Source of the DNA: a virus
Lineage: Duplodnaviria > Caudoviricetes
DNA: 64,000 bases
IMG/VR virus record: IMGVR_UViG_3300006092_000329
Coordinates: 1,339-65,338 of that record
Reading direction: 5' to 3' (one strand)
The notes under the pieces are model-generated. The model did no database searches and was not told the origin of the DNA. It saw only the letters and a program-made list of their open reading frames with translations. The translations under genes were made by a program, and so were the position numbers. Within the stretch, counting starts at the first letter, position 1; each line of letters starts with the position of its first letter. Below, piece by piece: positions 1 to 8,347 of this stretch.

Positions 1-627
1 ACGCTCCTGAATCGACGTGATGTCGGTCGTGTTGGTCGCAATCTCGTACATCGGGATGCGGCCAGCGGTGAAGCCGGTCGTGTTCGAGGAGACGGCACCA
101 GCCGCGCTACGCTCGACGTAGTTGGTCTGCGATGCGGTCAGCGCGACCGATCCATCGGCAATGGTCGTGAGCACGCCATCAACCCACACCTGACCGCCGT
201 AGTAGGCGAAGTTCAGGCCAGACGTGGAGAAGTCCTTGCGCCCGAACTCGACAGCAGGATCAGCGGCCAGCAGGCGATCCGAGGCGTCTTGCAGGAACGA
301 CTTGTCCACCCGGACCTCGACCATCATCGACGTTCCAGCGGTCCACGTGCCAGCCGTGGTGCCGTCGTAGCCACGGATCAGCGGGTACGGCCCGGAGCCG
401 AACGTGTCAGAGCCAGCGGCATGGGCCTCGCACCTGATCTTCTCGATGTTCCCTGCGGAGTCCTCCAGCGTGAGCACGAGGTACTCGATGGCGGAACCAG
501 CAGCACCCTTTCCGGTCACGGCTGGCGCATACGTGCCGGTGCCGCTCGTCACCGAGAGCGTGGTCGTCGCAGGTACGAGTGACCCGGCGAGGTTCGTTAC
601 GAAGTTGTCAGCCCATTTGCGTCCCAT
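1..627 (-). CDS. Tail/tail-fibre structural protein (3' truncated by window edge)
   Basis: Manual translation from ATG at 627 (TAATG overlap with upstream gene): MGRKWADNFVTNLAGSLVPATTTLSVTSGTG..., open to position 1; Thr/Gly/Ser-rich beta-type composition; late operon. Confidence 0.7.
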   Translation of the reverse strand, partial: MGRKWADNFVTNLAGSLVPATTTLSVTSGTGTYAPAVTGKGAAGSAIEYLVLTLEDSAGNIEKIRCEAHAAGSDTFGSGPYPLIRGYDGTTAGTWTAGTSMMVEVRVDKSFLQDASDRLLAADPAVEFGRKDFSTSGLNFAYYGGQVWVDGVLTTIADGSVALTASQTNYVERSAAGAVSSNTTGFTAGRIPMYEIATNTTDITSIQER

Positions 628-1301
628 TACCTCACCCCATGAACAGTCGAGGATCGCAGCGGGTTGCGCGTCCTTCCCTTCGCCACCAGAGCACTCGTGC
701 CACCCATCTGGCCCTCGAACTCGCTACGACGCTTCTCGGCACCCGCCTTGTCGGACCACGGGAACCCGTTCGCGGCCATGCAATAAGCCATCGCCCCTGA
801 AGCGATGGCGAGGCGGTGATACTGGTGATCCCAGAGCTTCGAGTCCACCGAGGTCGAGTTCGCCTTCGGCTTGACCGCGACGTTCATCGTCAGCCCGCCC
901 GTGTAGCTGGAGGCGGGGGTCGGGACGATCTGGATGTTGTTCTCGTCCGGGCAGTAGAAGCCGGACGCGGGGTCACTCGGAGTGGTACGCCAGCCGTAGC
1001 AGTTGTCGTCGAACCACTGCTCGTCGTGCTCGTAAATCTGCACGCCATTGACCCACACTTGCATCGGCGACACGACGAGCAAGTCGGTCGATGGATTGAA
1101 CGTGTACGTCGGTTGGTTCGCCACTATGTCCATGGCGGGGTGCGCCATCTGGAGCACCTTGGTCTTCTCGCAATACTCGATGATAGCGGCCATGATGGAG
1201 CGCAGCACGAACGGCCCCGGCCCAAGTCCGTTGACGAACGGAAGAACCTCGTCGTACCACGAGGTAATCGCCGTCCCGGAAGTGCCTACGAAAATCGTCA
1301 T
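627..1301 (-). CDS. Putative head-tail adaptor / tail tubular protein A-like
   Basis: 224-aa ORF in the morphogenesis operon after capsid and fibre genes; size and position fit a podovirus adaptor. Confidence 0.55.
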   Translation of the reverse strand: MTIFVGTSGTAITSWYDEVLPFVNGLGPGPFVLRSIMAAIIEYCEKTKVLQMAHPAMDIVANQPTYTFNPSTDLLVVSPMQVWVNGVQIYEHDEQWFDDNCYGWRTTPSDPASGFYCPDENNIQIVPTPASSYTGGLTMNVAVKPKANSTSVDSKLWDHQYHRLAIASGAMAYCMAANGFPWSDKAGAEKRRSEFEGQMGGTSALVAKGRTRNPLRSSTVHGVR

Positions 1302-1315
1302 GCTGCGCTCCGTGG

Positions 1316-1501
1316 TTACGCCGCAGGCGTCTGGTCAACCTTGATCTGCTCGCCAGTCACCGGGGGCGGCGGCGGAAGCTGCTGGTTGACCTGAGCCTGA
1401 ATCTCGGCGACAAGGTTCGCGCAGCGTTCCTGCATCTGCGCGAGGGCCAGTCCGATGAGGCGCACGTCGGACTCGTGGAGGTTGGCGAGGTTGAAGGCCA
1501 T
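1316..1501 (-). CDS. Small protein, possible tail fibre assembly factor
   Basis: 61 aa from ATG 1501 (MAFNLANLHE...), coiled-coil plus Pro run, downstream of fibre. Confidence 0.5.
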   Translation of the reverse strand: MAFNLANLHESDVRLIGLALAQMQERCANLVAEIQAQVNQQLPPPPPVTGEQIKVDQTPAA

Positions 1502-1502
1502 G

Positions 1503-1823
1503 TCAGTCGTCCACCGCATCCGCCCACATCGAGGGCACGTTGATCGGACCCACCGGACCCTGAATCTGCTTCACGATGGACTTGAGCTTGCCGTAGATTT
1601 CCGCACGGCTCGGCTCGTTGCCGGTGAACACGTAGTCCGCCCCGTCGATGACCATGACGTTCGCGCACAGCGGCGTCACGTTGTTGTTGCGGTCGGCGCG
1701 ATTCTTCCACCCGGCCACCACGACACGGATGTTCCCGTTCGTGTAGTCGATGTGGGCCTCGGTGATCTTATGGTAGTTGGCGTCCACGTTGTATGACGTG
1801 GGCACCGTCTTTGCAAATGCCAT
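1503..1823 (-). CDS. Putative tail fibre assembly/chaperone protein
   Basis: 106 aa from ATG 1823 with GAAGGAG RBS; directly follows the fibre gene. Confidence 0.55.
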   Translation of the reverse strand: MAFAKTVPTSYNVDANYHKITEAHIDYTNGNIRVVVAGWKNRADRNNNVTPLCANVMVIDGADYVFTGNEPSRAEIYGKLKSIVKQIQGPVGPINVPSMWADAVDD

Positions 1824-1845
1824 GAGAGTTACTCCTTCAGGTTGA

Positions 1846-3669
1846 TTAGGCGACGACCACTGACCGCCACGCTCCATTGTAGAAGTAGATGCGGTTATTG
1901 GTCGAGTCGTAGTGCATGGCGATCTGACCAGCAGCGTTGTTGCGAGGCACCCCGGTCGGCGCACCAGCGCACGATGGGATCATGATGTAACCGTCAGTCG
2001 CGCTCGTGGATAGGGCAACGCCGCCACCGAGCACAAGGTTGCGCACGGTGCCAGCCACGGACAGCTTCGCGTTCACGGACGAGTTGCCACCGCTCGCCGA
2101 GAGAACGCCGTCAGTCGATGCGACGTGAGTTACTTGGAATTGCTGCGCCGGAGCCGCCACGTTGGTCGTGAAGATCAGGGCACCAGAGCCTTTCGACATC
2201 ATCTGGAAGCTGATGTTCGTGTCGGTGCCCGCCATGTACATGGCTGGAGCGCCAGTCGCAATCGATCCCTGAATGACTGGGTAGTTGACCTGAGTCCCTC
2301 CACCAGCGTTGGCGACGTACAGGTTCGTGCCACCAGAGTCGGCACCTATGTTCACTTCGCCATTGAGGCTCGATCCCAACTTCAGAGCGCCGCCGCTCGT
2401 GGTGACGTAAGGCATGCCGCCAGCACCGGCTCCGCCGATGATCAAGTAGCGTGCCGCATTACCAGCAGTGGGGGCAACGGTGGCTTCGAGAGATGCGTTC
2501 CCGTTTGTGAGGAAATGGATGTTCCGATTGCCCTTCGAGTAAAACCGAAGGTTGACGTTCGTATCCACACCGCTTGCGCCGATAGAAACATCGTTCCCTG
2601 TATCGGCGGCGGCGATCGTGACGCCGTTGTAAGGGATCGCAGATGGGGTGAGCGTAAGTGATGGATTGCCGCCTGTTTTGTGCAGGAAGTAGTACGGCAT
2701 GTTGTCAACGCCGGTCCCAGTCTTCGTGCCGACGAACTCGTGCCCGATAGCAACGACGCTCTGGATCGACAGCACGTTCGCGTTCGTCGGGTCCGTGCCG
2801 CTGTAGACGACCAGACCGTTCGAGTCCACGCCAGCCTTCACCACGCCGCCACCGGGGCCGAAGTTGATGTTGCCAGCCGTGGTGCCGAGCATCGAGTCGC
2901 CAGCAATGGAGCCGGTCATCGTGAAGCCGCGAGCGGCACTCGAAAGGCCGACGAGCTTCAGGGCCGGGACGGCGACGCCATACGCCATGCCGAGTTGCAC
3001 ATCCCCGTTCTTGCTGAAGATGCCAGCGACGTGAGATGAGAACTTGATGTTGATCGGCACGAACCCGGTGTTCGATGAGCCGTCCTGAGCCGAGCCATTG
3101 ACCAGATACCGCGAGTTGATGTCGAAGCCGCTGGTATTTGCGTTGAGGACACCGTTCGTGGAACTCACGCTCTCCGGCGTGCTACTGGTGTGCAAGCTCA
3201 GGTTTGCATTGGCCCCCGATCCACTCGGGGCGACTTGCAGGATGGTCGATGAGTTCGCCGTCGAGGTCTGCACCCACGCCCCGGTGAGCGACGAGTTCTG
3301 GCTCGTGAAGTCGCCAGTGATCCTGCGTGCCGAACCGCTCAAGTTCAGATTGCCGTTCAGCGTGATCGCGGCAGCGGTCAGCGTCGAGACGTTGAATGCG
3401 TCCGCGTCAGCGGGGTCTTCCAGCAGGATGTCGCTGATCGTGATCGCGGTGAAGCCAGTCCCGCTGATCACAATCGAGTAGCGGCCATCCGCCGCGTAGA
3501 ACTCGAAGTAGCCCGCTGAATCAGTCGTGATCGGATTGGCGCGAGGAGTGACTCCGTTGTCGGAGTAGATCGTCGCAGCGCCACCGCCGAGGACGTTGAC
3601 TTGCACTGACGCCCCGGAGAGCGGGAGGCCAGTGACCTTCGAGGCGATGTTGTTGAAATACTTCTGCAT
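1846..3669 (-). CDS. Tail fibre protein
   Basis: 607 aa; N-terminal anchor-like NPITTDSAGYFEFYAADGRY; Gly/Ser/Thr/Asn-rich body; C-terminal HYDSTNNRIYFYNGAW trimerisation-type motif. Confidence 0.8.
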   Translation of the reverse strand: MQKYFNNIASKVTGLPLSGASVQVNVLGGGAATIYSDNGVTPRANPITTDSAGYFEFYAADGRYSIVISGTGFTAITISDILLEDPADADAFNVSTLTAAAITLNGNLNLSGSARRITGDFTSQNSSLTGAWVQTSTANSSTILQVAPSGSGANANLSLHTSSTPESVSSTNGVLNANTSGFDINSRYLVNGSAQDGSSNTGFVPINIKFSSHVAGIFSKNGDVQLGMAYGVAVPALKLVGLSSAARGFTMTGSIAGDSMLGTTAGNINFGPGGGVVKAGVDSNGLVVYSGTDPTNANVLSIQSVVAIGHEFVGTKTGTGVDNMPYYFLHKTGGNPSLTLTPSAIPYNGVTIAAADTGNDVSIGASGVDTNVNLRFYSKGNRNIHFLTNGNASLEATVAPTAGNAARYLIIGGAGAGGMPYVTTSGGALKLGSSLNGEVNIGADSGGTNLYVANAGGGTQVNYPVIQGSIATGAPAMYMAGTDTNISFQMMSKGSGALIFTTNVAAPAQQFQVTHVASTDGVLSASGGNSSVNAKLSVAGTVRNLVLGGGVALSTSATDGYIMIPSCAGAPTGVPRNNAAGQIAMHYDSTNNRIYFYNGAWRSVVVA

Positions 3670-3670
3670 C

Positions 3671-4018
3671 CTATCCTCCGCTCATGCGACCGTAGAACGT
3701 CGAGAACGACATGGCGCGACCGCCGTCCACGTTCTCGTCGTCCATCATCTCTGCGCGGTAGGTACACCAGTCCGCGAGGACTTGCATGTAGGACTCATCG
3801 ATTGGGAATGCGGTCGTCAACGTGTAGGACGAGAACGACGGCGGCGTGAGGAACTGCCCGATGAACAAGTCGCTCCGGTGGAGCAACAGGTCCATCAGGC
3901 CGGAGACGGCGTAGCGCAGCAGGGTGGCGTCCGGGTAGCGCCGATTGGCGTCCACCCCGTCGCCGTCGTCGTTCAGGGGCGACCGCGCAAGGTTCACCAC
4001 ATCCTGCATCGTGCTCAT
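3671..4018 (-). CDS. Putative head-to-tail adaptor (virion protein)
   Basis: 115 aa, helical (ARSPLND...RYPDATLLRY), in the usual adaptor position. Confidence 0.55.
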   Translation of the reverse strand: MSTMQDVVNLARSPLNDDGDGVDANRRYPDATLLRYAVSGLMDLLLHRSDLFIGQFLTPPSFSSYTLTTAFPIDESYMQVLADWCTYRAEMMDDENVDGGRAMSFSTFYGRMSGG

Positions 4019-4019
4019 G

Positions 4020-4490
4020 CTACATGGGCCTCGTCATGAAGCGCATGATCTCCGTGCGCATGGTCTCCACCGGCATGTTGTCGGGGAGATGCTCGTTGAA
4101 GCTCATGACCGAATACTGCTGGAGCGCCTTGGCGTCCATGGATTGCAGCGGCATGAGGACCGGCAGCTTGTCGATCTCGTCCTGCTGGAAGGTCGGCTTC
4201 CACTCGCGGGCGACGAGAGGAGCCTTCGCGGCCTCCTCGGGATCGCGGGCATCGGCCCACGTGTCGGACCACCAGACGAGTTGCTCCGCAACGGCACGCG
4301 GCAGGCTGCGGACGACGCCGTTCGTCCAGTCCAGCTTCATCACCACGTCGGTCTCCGGGTTCGCCTTGCTGGCGATGTACCGGACGGGGATCAGGTCCGC
4401 TCCCTGAATGGCAGGGGCGGCGGGCTTGACCACCCGAGGTTGTTTGGGCGTCGCCCCCTTCTTGGGTGCGGCGCGCTTCTTTGCGCTCAT
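4020..4490 (-). CDS. Hypothetical virion-associated protein
   Basis: 156 aa, basic N-terminus, GGAG RBS, tightly coupled to the next gene. Confidence 0.6.
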   Translation of the reverse strand: MSAKKRAAPKKGATPKQPRVVKPAAPAIQGADLIPVRYIASKANPETDVVMKLDWTNGVVRSLPRAVAEQLVWWSDTWADARDPEEAAKAPLVAREWKPTFQQDEIDKLPVLMPLQSMDAKALQQYSVMSFNEHLPDNMPVETMRTEIMRFMTRPM

Positions 4491-4584
4491 GTGGTGCTCC
4501 CGAATTGTGAGTCTCCAACCCCGTGAGCACGTGGCCCACGGGGTTTTGGAGGGTGCTACAAGGCTCTACGGTGGTACGGTACTT

Positions 4585-5022
4585 CTAGCGAACGCCTTCG
4601 CTGACGCCGAAGCACGTGGCGCGCACGACACCGGCAGCGCCGGTCACGACCGTGCCGAACGTGCCGAGCAGGAAGGCGTCCTGCTCGAACTTGATCTCGT
4701 TGAAACCGGCGAGCCACGTTGCCACGTTCGCGCTCGCCATGGCGAGGGCCGACGTGAAAGCCGTGGGCGCAGCGGCCAGCGAGCCTTCGTTCGTGTCCAT
4801 TGGGGTGTAACCCCAATCGCACGGTGCGGTCGCGCCCTGCGAGGCCCACGACAGCAGCAGGGCGTACATGCGGAAGCCCGCAGGGATGCGGAGGACGCGG
4901 AGCAGATCGCCGGTGACGACGTTGGCGGTGGGGGTGACTTCACCGTGCGGCAGGGTGGCATCGCCGAACTCGCCGATGTGCGAGGCGCGGCGGATGAGGT
5001 CCAGTGCGGAATAGGTTGCCAT
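4585..5022 (-). CDS. Putative capsid decoration/cement protein
   Basis: 145 aa beta-rich ORF immediately after the capsid gene; CAGGAG RBS. Confidence 0.6.
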   Translation of the reverse strand: MATYSALDLIRRASHIGEFGDATLPHGEVTPTANVVTGDLLRVLRIPAGFRMYALLLSWASQGATAPCDWGYTPMDTNEGSLAAAPTAFTSALAMASANVATWLAGFNEIKFEQDAFLLGTFGTVVTGAAGVVRATCFGVSEGVR

Positions 5023-5061
5023 TTGAGTGACTCCTGAAGGTTGTCCTGAAGGTTGGTGTGA

Positions 5062-5082
5062 TAAAAGGGGCCGAAGCCCCTC
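5062..5082 (-). terminator. Rho-independent terminator after capsid gene
   Basis: AGGGGC-TTCG-GCCCCT hairpin followed by TTT on minus strand, ~20 nt after the MCP stop. Confidence 0.75.
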
Positions 5083-5102
5083 CCATCATTGGCTCCGGTC
5101 GA

Positions 5103-6410
5103 TCAGACCTTCGCCGCCGAGTCGATCACGAACACGCCGAGATCGGTCGGCTCCGTGTTGCCGTTGCCGTCCGGCACGCCGAACCGGACCTTCGCCTTGC
5201 CGTTCATCATCTGGCCGAGCGCCTCGAAGTTGCGGTCGAAGTTGTAGGTCCGCTCGCGGTAGTCGGCGTAGAAGTCCGAACCCTGCGACTTCCCGTAGAC
5301 GTTGGCGAGAGCCTGCGCGCCCAGAAGCAGGGAGCGTTCGACGCACGACGTTGCCGCCAGACCGGCGTTGATGGCCTGATTGGACTCGGTGGCCGTGTAG
5401 CGGTTGGCGACCAGAACGACCTTCGTGTTCTCGGACGCCACCCAGCGGATCGAGCGGTTGATCTTCTTCACGAGGATGCCGTTCCACATCCCAACCTCGC
5501 CACGGAACAGCGGCGACTTGCTGCCGTACTGCGCCCGCTGCCATGCGTACTGCTGGAACGCACGCAGGTTGTTGTTGGCGGTCGCGTCGGTGATCAGCGC
5601 CGAGTACGCCGAGGGCGAAACGAGCAGCAGGTAGAGCGGCTCGTCGTTCGCGGCGGGGTCGTCCACGATCTTGATCGGCTGGAGCGGCAGGTCCATCAGG
5701 TCGATGATGCGGCGCAGTTCGTCCAGATGCGACAGCTTCAGGGTGTCCGAAGCGGTGATCGAGCCGAGTTGCAGACCGCCCTGCACGAAGCTGGAACCGG
5801 ACACGACGTAGTGGCGGTTGTAGGTCGGAGCCTGCACCGCGTTCACCATCACGTCCGAGAACTGCGTGTTCGCGGTCGTGCCGGTGTTGGTCGTGAACTG
5901 GAGTGGCACCACCCAATCCATGCCCGCCTGCGTGCCGCGACCACCGGCCAGCGCCACGAGCATCTGCTGCGTGTCGAGACGGGGGAAGTAGCCCATCAGG
6001 TTCGCCATGGCGATGCCGCGCAGTTGCGTCTTGGTGCGCTGCTGCGCCATCGCGCCGCCCGCGTCGATTGCCTTGGAAAGCAGATCGATACGTGCGTTCA
6101 TGCTGGACCACGTGAGCTTGTCGCCCTTGCCTTCGGCGTTCACGTCGCCCACCAGCGGGAAGCCGGTGATCGTGTTGAACAGGTCCATGGACACCTGATC
6201 GCCGACCGTCTTGGACAGGTCGGTGACGCGGACCACGGGGTAGTCCGGGGCGGTCTGGCCCTTCAGCTTGGATTCGACTTCGCTCTGCTGCGGCGCGGGG
6301 CCGGTGAGGTTGTTGCCGAGGGTGGCCGCACGGAGGTTGTAGGTGAACAGCGCGACCGAGAACTGCTTGACTGCAAGTACCGACCCTGCCGGTACGGAAG
6401 TGGTTGACAT
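5103..6410 (-). CDS. Major capsid protein, N4-gp56-like (DUF4043-type)
   Basis: 435 aa; DLSKTVGDQVS, EGKGDKL and LFRGEVGMWNGILV motifs; follows scaffold; AAGGAG RBS. Confidence 0.9.
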   Translation of the reverse strand: MSTTSVPAGSVLAVKQFSVALFTYNLRAATLGNNLTGPAPQQSEVESKLKGQTAPDYPVVRVTDLSKTVGDQVSMDLFNTITGFPLVGDVNAEGKGDKLTWSSMNARIDLLSKAIDAGGAMAQQRTKTQLRGIAMANLMGYFPRLDTQQMLVALAGGRGTQAGMDWVVPLQFTTNTGTTANTQFSDVMVNAVQAPTYNRHYVVSGSSFVQGGLQLGSITASDTLKLSHLDELRRIIDLMDLPLQPIKIVDDPAANDEPLYLLLVSPSAYSALITDATANNNLRAFQQYAWQRAQYGSKSPLFRGEVGMWNGILVKKINRSIRWVASENTKVVLVANRYTATESNQAINAGLAATSCVERSLLLGAQALANVYGKSQGSDFYADYRERTYNFDRNFEALGQMMNGKAKVRFGVPDGNGNTEPTDLGVFVIDSAAKV

Positions 6411-6476
6411 GGTTCAGACTCCTTGAGGTTGAAGGTTTTGCTTTTCAGCACCCAAGGGGCTGTCCAGCAGCGAAGA

Positions 6477-7634
6477 CTAGACCGATACAGGTTGATCCAG
6501 CGCGTGAACGAGGGCCATCGGATCGAGGATGCCCTTGTCCATGAGTCGATTCACGTGACGCCCGATCTCGAAGTTGCTCATGTTCTCGATACGCGCATCG
6601 CCCTGTGCCGGAGGGGCACCGCCCGGAAGGTCGGAGAGCGTCATGCTCTTAATCCCGCCCGTCTCTTTGGTTTCCCCCTTGCCGCTCGACGCGGGCTTGA
6701 GGAACTCGGCAGGAATCTCGGCTTTGCCGTACCGCTTTTCCATGCCTGCGACCACGTGCGCGAAGCGGTCGGCATAGCTCATCGCCATGTATTCCGCATT
6801 GCGCTCACCACGGAGTCGCTCGTCCTCCACCGCAGCCAGATCGAACATGGCGGGGTTCTTCTCCCGCCAATAGCGAAGGGTGGGATTTCCCTCGACGGCC
6901 TCGTTCGCCTTCGCCTGTTCGGCCTCCAGCGTGGTCGCCCGGTCCCGTTCCTCGCGCTCCTGAGCTTCTCGCTTGGCGTCCTCGGCCTGCTTGGCGGCGG
7001 CATCGCTTTCGGCCTTGATGCGGTCTTCGATGTCGCGCTTTTGGCGCTCCAGCGTCCGCATCATGGGCCGGGTGATCTCGGGGACATCCTTCTCCTCCAA
7101 CGCTTTCGCGTCGGCGATGTCCTTCTCGATCTCCGCCAGTTCGGCTTTCAGATCGTCAACGCGCTTGGACGAAGCCACTTGGGCCTGCGTGGCCCGCATC
7201 TCTGCGAGTTCGCGTTCGGCCTTCGTCGCCCTCTCCAGCGCCTCAGCGTGCGCCTTCTGCTCGTCAGCGGCCTTTTGACGGGCCTCCTCCAAGACAGAGA
7301 ACGGGATCACATTCTTCCCATCCTTCGCCAGTACACCATCGACCTTCTCGGTGGCGGGCGTCCCACCGTCCTTGACCTCCTTGGCTTCCGCTGCCGCTTT
7401 CGCGTCGGCTTCTTCCTTGGCCTTCGCGTCCGCCGCTGCCTTGGCGTCGGCGTCGGCCTTGGCTTGCGCCTCGGCTGCTGCTTTCGCATCGGCATCGCCG
7501 TCCGCGACCGTGGTCGTGGAGACATCACCCTCACCCATCATTTCCCCGAGTTTCATGGCATGAGCCATGAGCGCGTCGGGGTCAGTCGGGGTGTTCATCG
7601 GATCGAAGTTGCTGCTGGCTGCTTGCGTCGTCAT
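6477..7634 (-). CDS. Capsid scaffolding protein
   Basis: 385 aa Ala/Glu/Lys coiled-coil with (DADAKAAAE)-type repeats, directly upstream of MCP. Confidence 0.75.
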   Translation of the reverse strand: MTTQAASSNFDPMNTPTDPDALMAHAMKLGEMMGEGDVSTTTVADGDADAKAAAEAQAKADADAKAAADAKAKEEADAKAAAEAKEVKDGGTPATEKVDGVLAKDGKNVIPFSVLEEARQKAADEQKAHAEALERATKAERELAEMRATQAQVASSKRVDDLKAELAEIEKDIADAKALEEKDVPEITRPMMRTLERQKRDIEDRIKAESDAAAKQAEDAKREAQEREERDRATTLEAEQAKANEAVEGNPTLRYWREKNPAMFDLAAVEDERLRGERNAEYMAMSYADRFAHVVAGMEKRYGKAEIPAEFLKPASSGKGETKETGGIKSMTLSDLPGGAPPAQGDARIENMSNFEIGRHVNRLMDKGILDPMALVHALDQPVSV

Positions 7635-7717
7635 GTTTTCCTCTATCGCTCGGAAGTTGCGAAGTTCACCTTTACGGGAGTGTTCGGACCCTTATCGTGA
7701 GTCACTCGTTGGAACTT

Positions 7718-7746
7718 ACTCTACGCTCACGCGATCCGTCGCGCAA
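7718..7746 (-). promoter_or_regulatory. Putative late promoter for scaffold-capsid genes
   Basis: TTGCGC-N17-TAGAGT on minus strand; same pattern as 22765-22793. Confidence 0.5.
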
Positions 7747-7747
7747 G

Positions 7748-8347
7748 TCATGCTGGAAACGGATTTGCAGCAAACCACGCCGCGTAGCTCGCCATCCCGA
7801 GGGTGGCTTGAACTCTGGCCGCATCGCGCCACGCATCTTGAGCGGCCTTCTTCGCCTTGCGGGACACGTCGATGGATGGGTCTTCCGGGATCGGCGCTGC
7901 CGGATTGGCTGCGGTCTGGGGCCACCCCGCGAACGGGATGCCCGGAACCACGGGGATCGGCGTATTGACGTGCGTGATGGGGTCGATGCAATCGGTCATG
8001 ACCGCAGCGAACGGGTCATACCCCGCGCTCACGATCACGTCCACGTAGGGCGCTACGCCATCCCACCCTGCGAGGTACAGCGCATCGATAAGGCGAACCT
8101 TCCTCGGGTTGATGAACGGAACCACGGTCGCCAGTTGCGCCGGGGTCAGGTTCTTGTAGGCGTTGTTCGTCAGCTTCGTGACTCCGCCGTCGATGGAGTA
8201 CCCCTTCGTCTCCAGCAGGGTCACCGCTCCGCGCAAGCGGAATGTGCCGTTGCGCTTCACGACAACCTGCGGCGCGTTGTCGGAGTCGAACTGGTCCTCG
8301 GTGAAGACCAGTTCATCGGTTGCCGTCTTGAGGTAGTAGTGCTGCAT
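7748..8347 (-). CDS. Hypothetical protein of head-spike module
   Basis: 199 aa from ATG 8347 (TGATG coupling; MQHYYLKTATDE...). Confidence 0.6.
   Translation of the reverse strand: MQHYYLKTATDELVFTEDQFDSDNAPQVVVKRNGTFRLRGAVTLLETKGYSIDGGVTKLTNNAYKNLTPAQLATVVPFINPRKVRLIDALYLAGWDGVAPYVDVIVSAGYDPFAAVMTDCIDPITHVNTPIPVVPGIPFAGWPQTAANPAAPIPEDPSIDVSRKAKKAAQDAWRDAARVQATLGMASYAAWFAANPFPA

Noticed and set aside
7380-7500. Tandem repeats in scaffold gene
   Set aside because: Ordinary Ala/Lys/Asp/Glu low-complexity coiled-coil typical of scaffolding proteins
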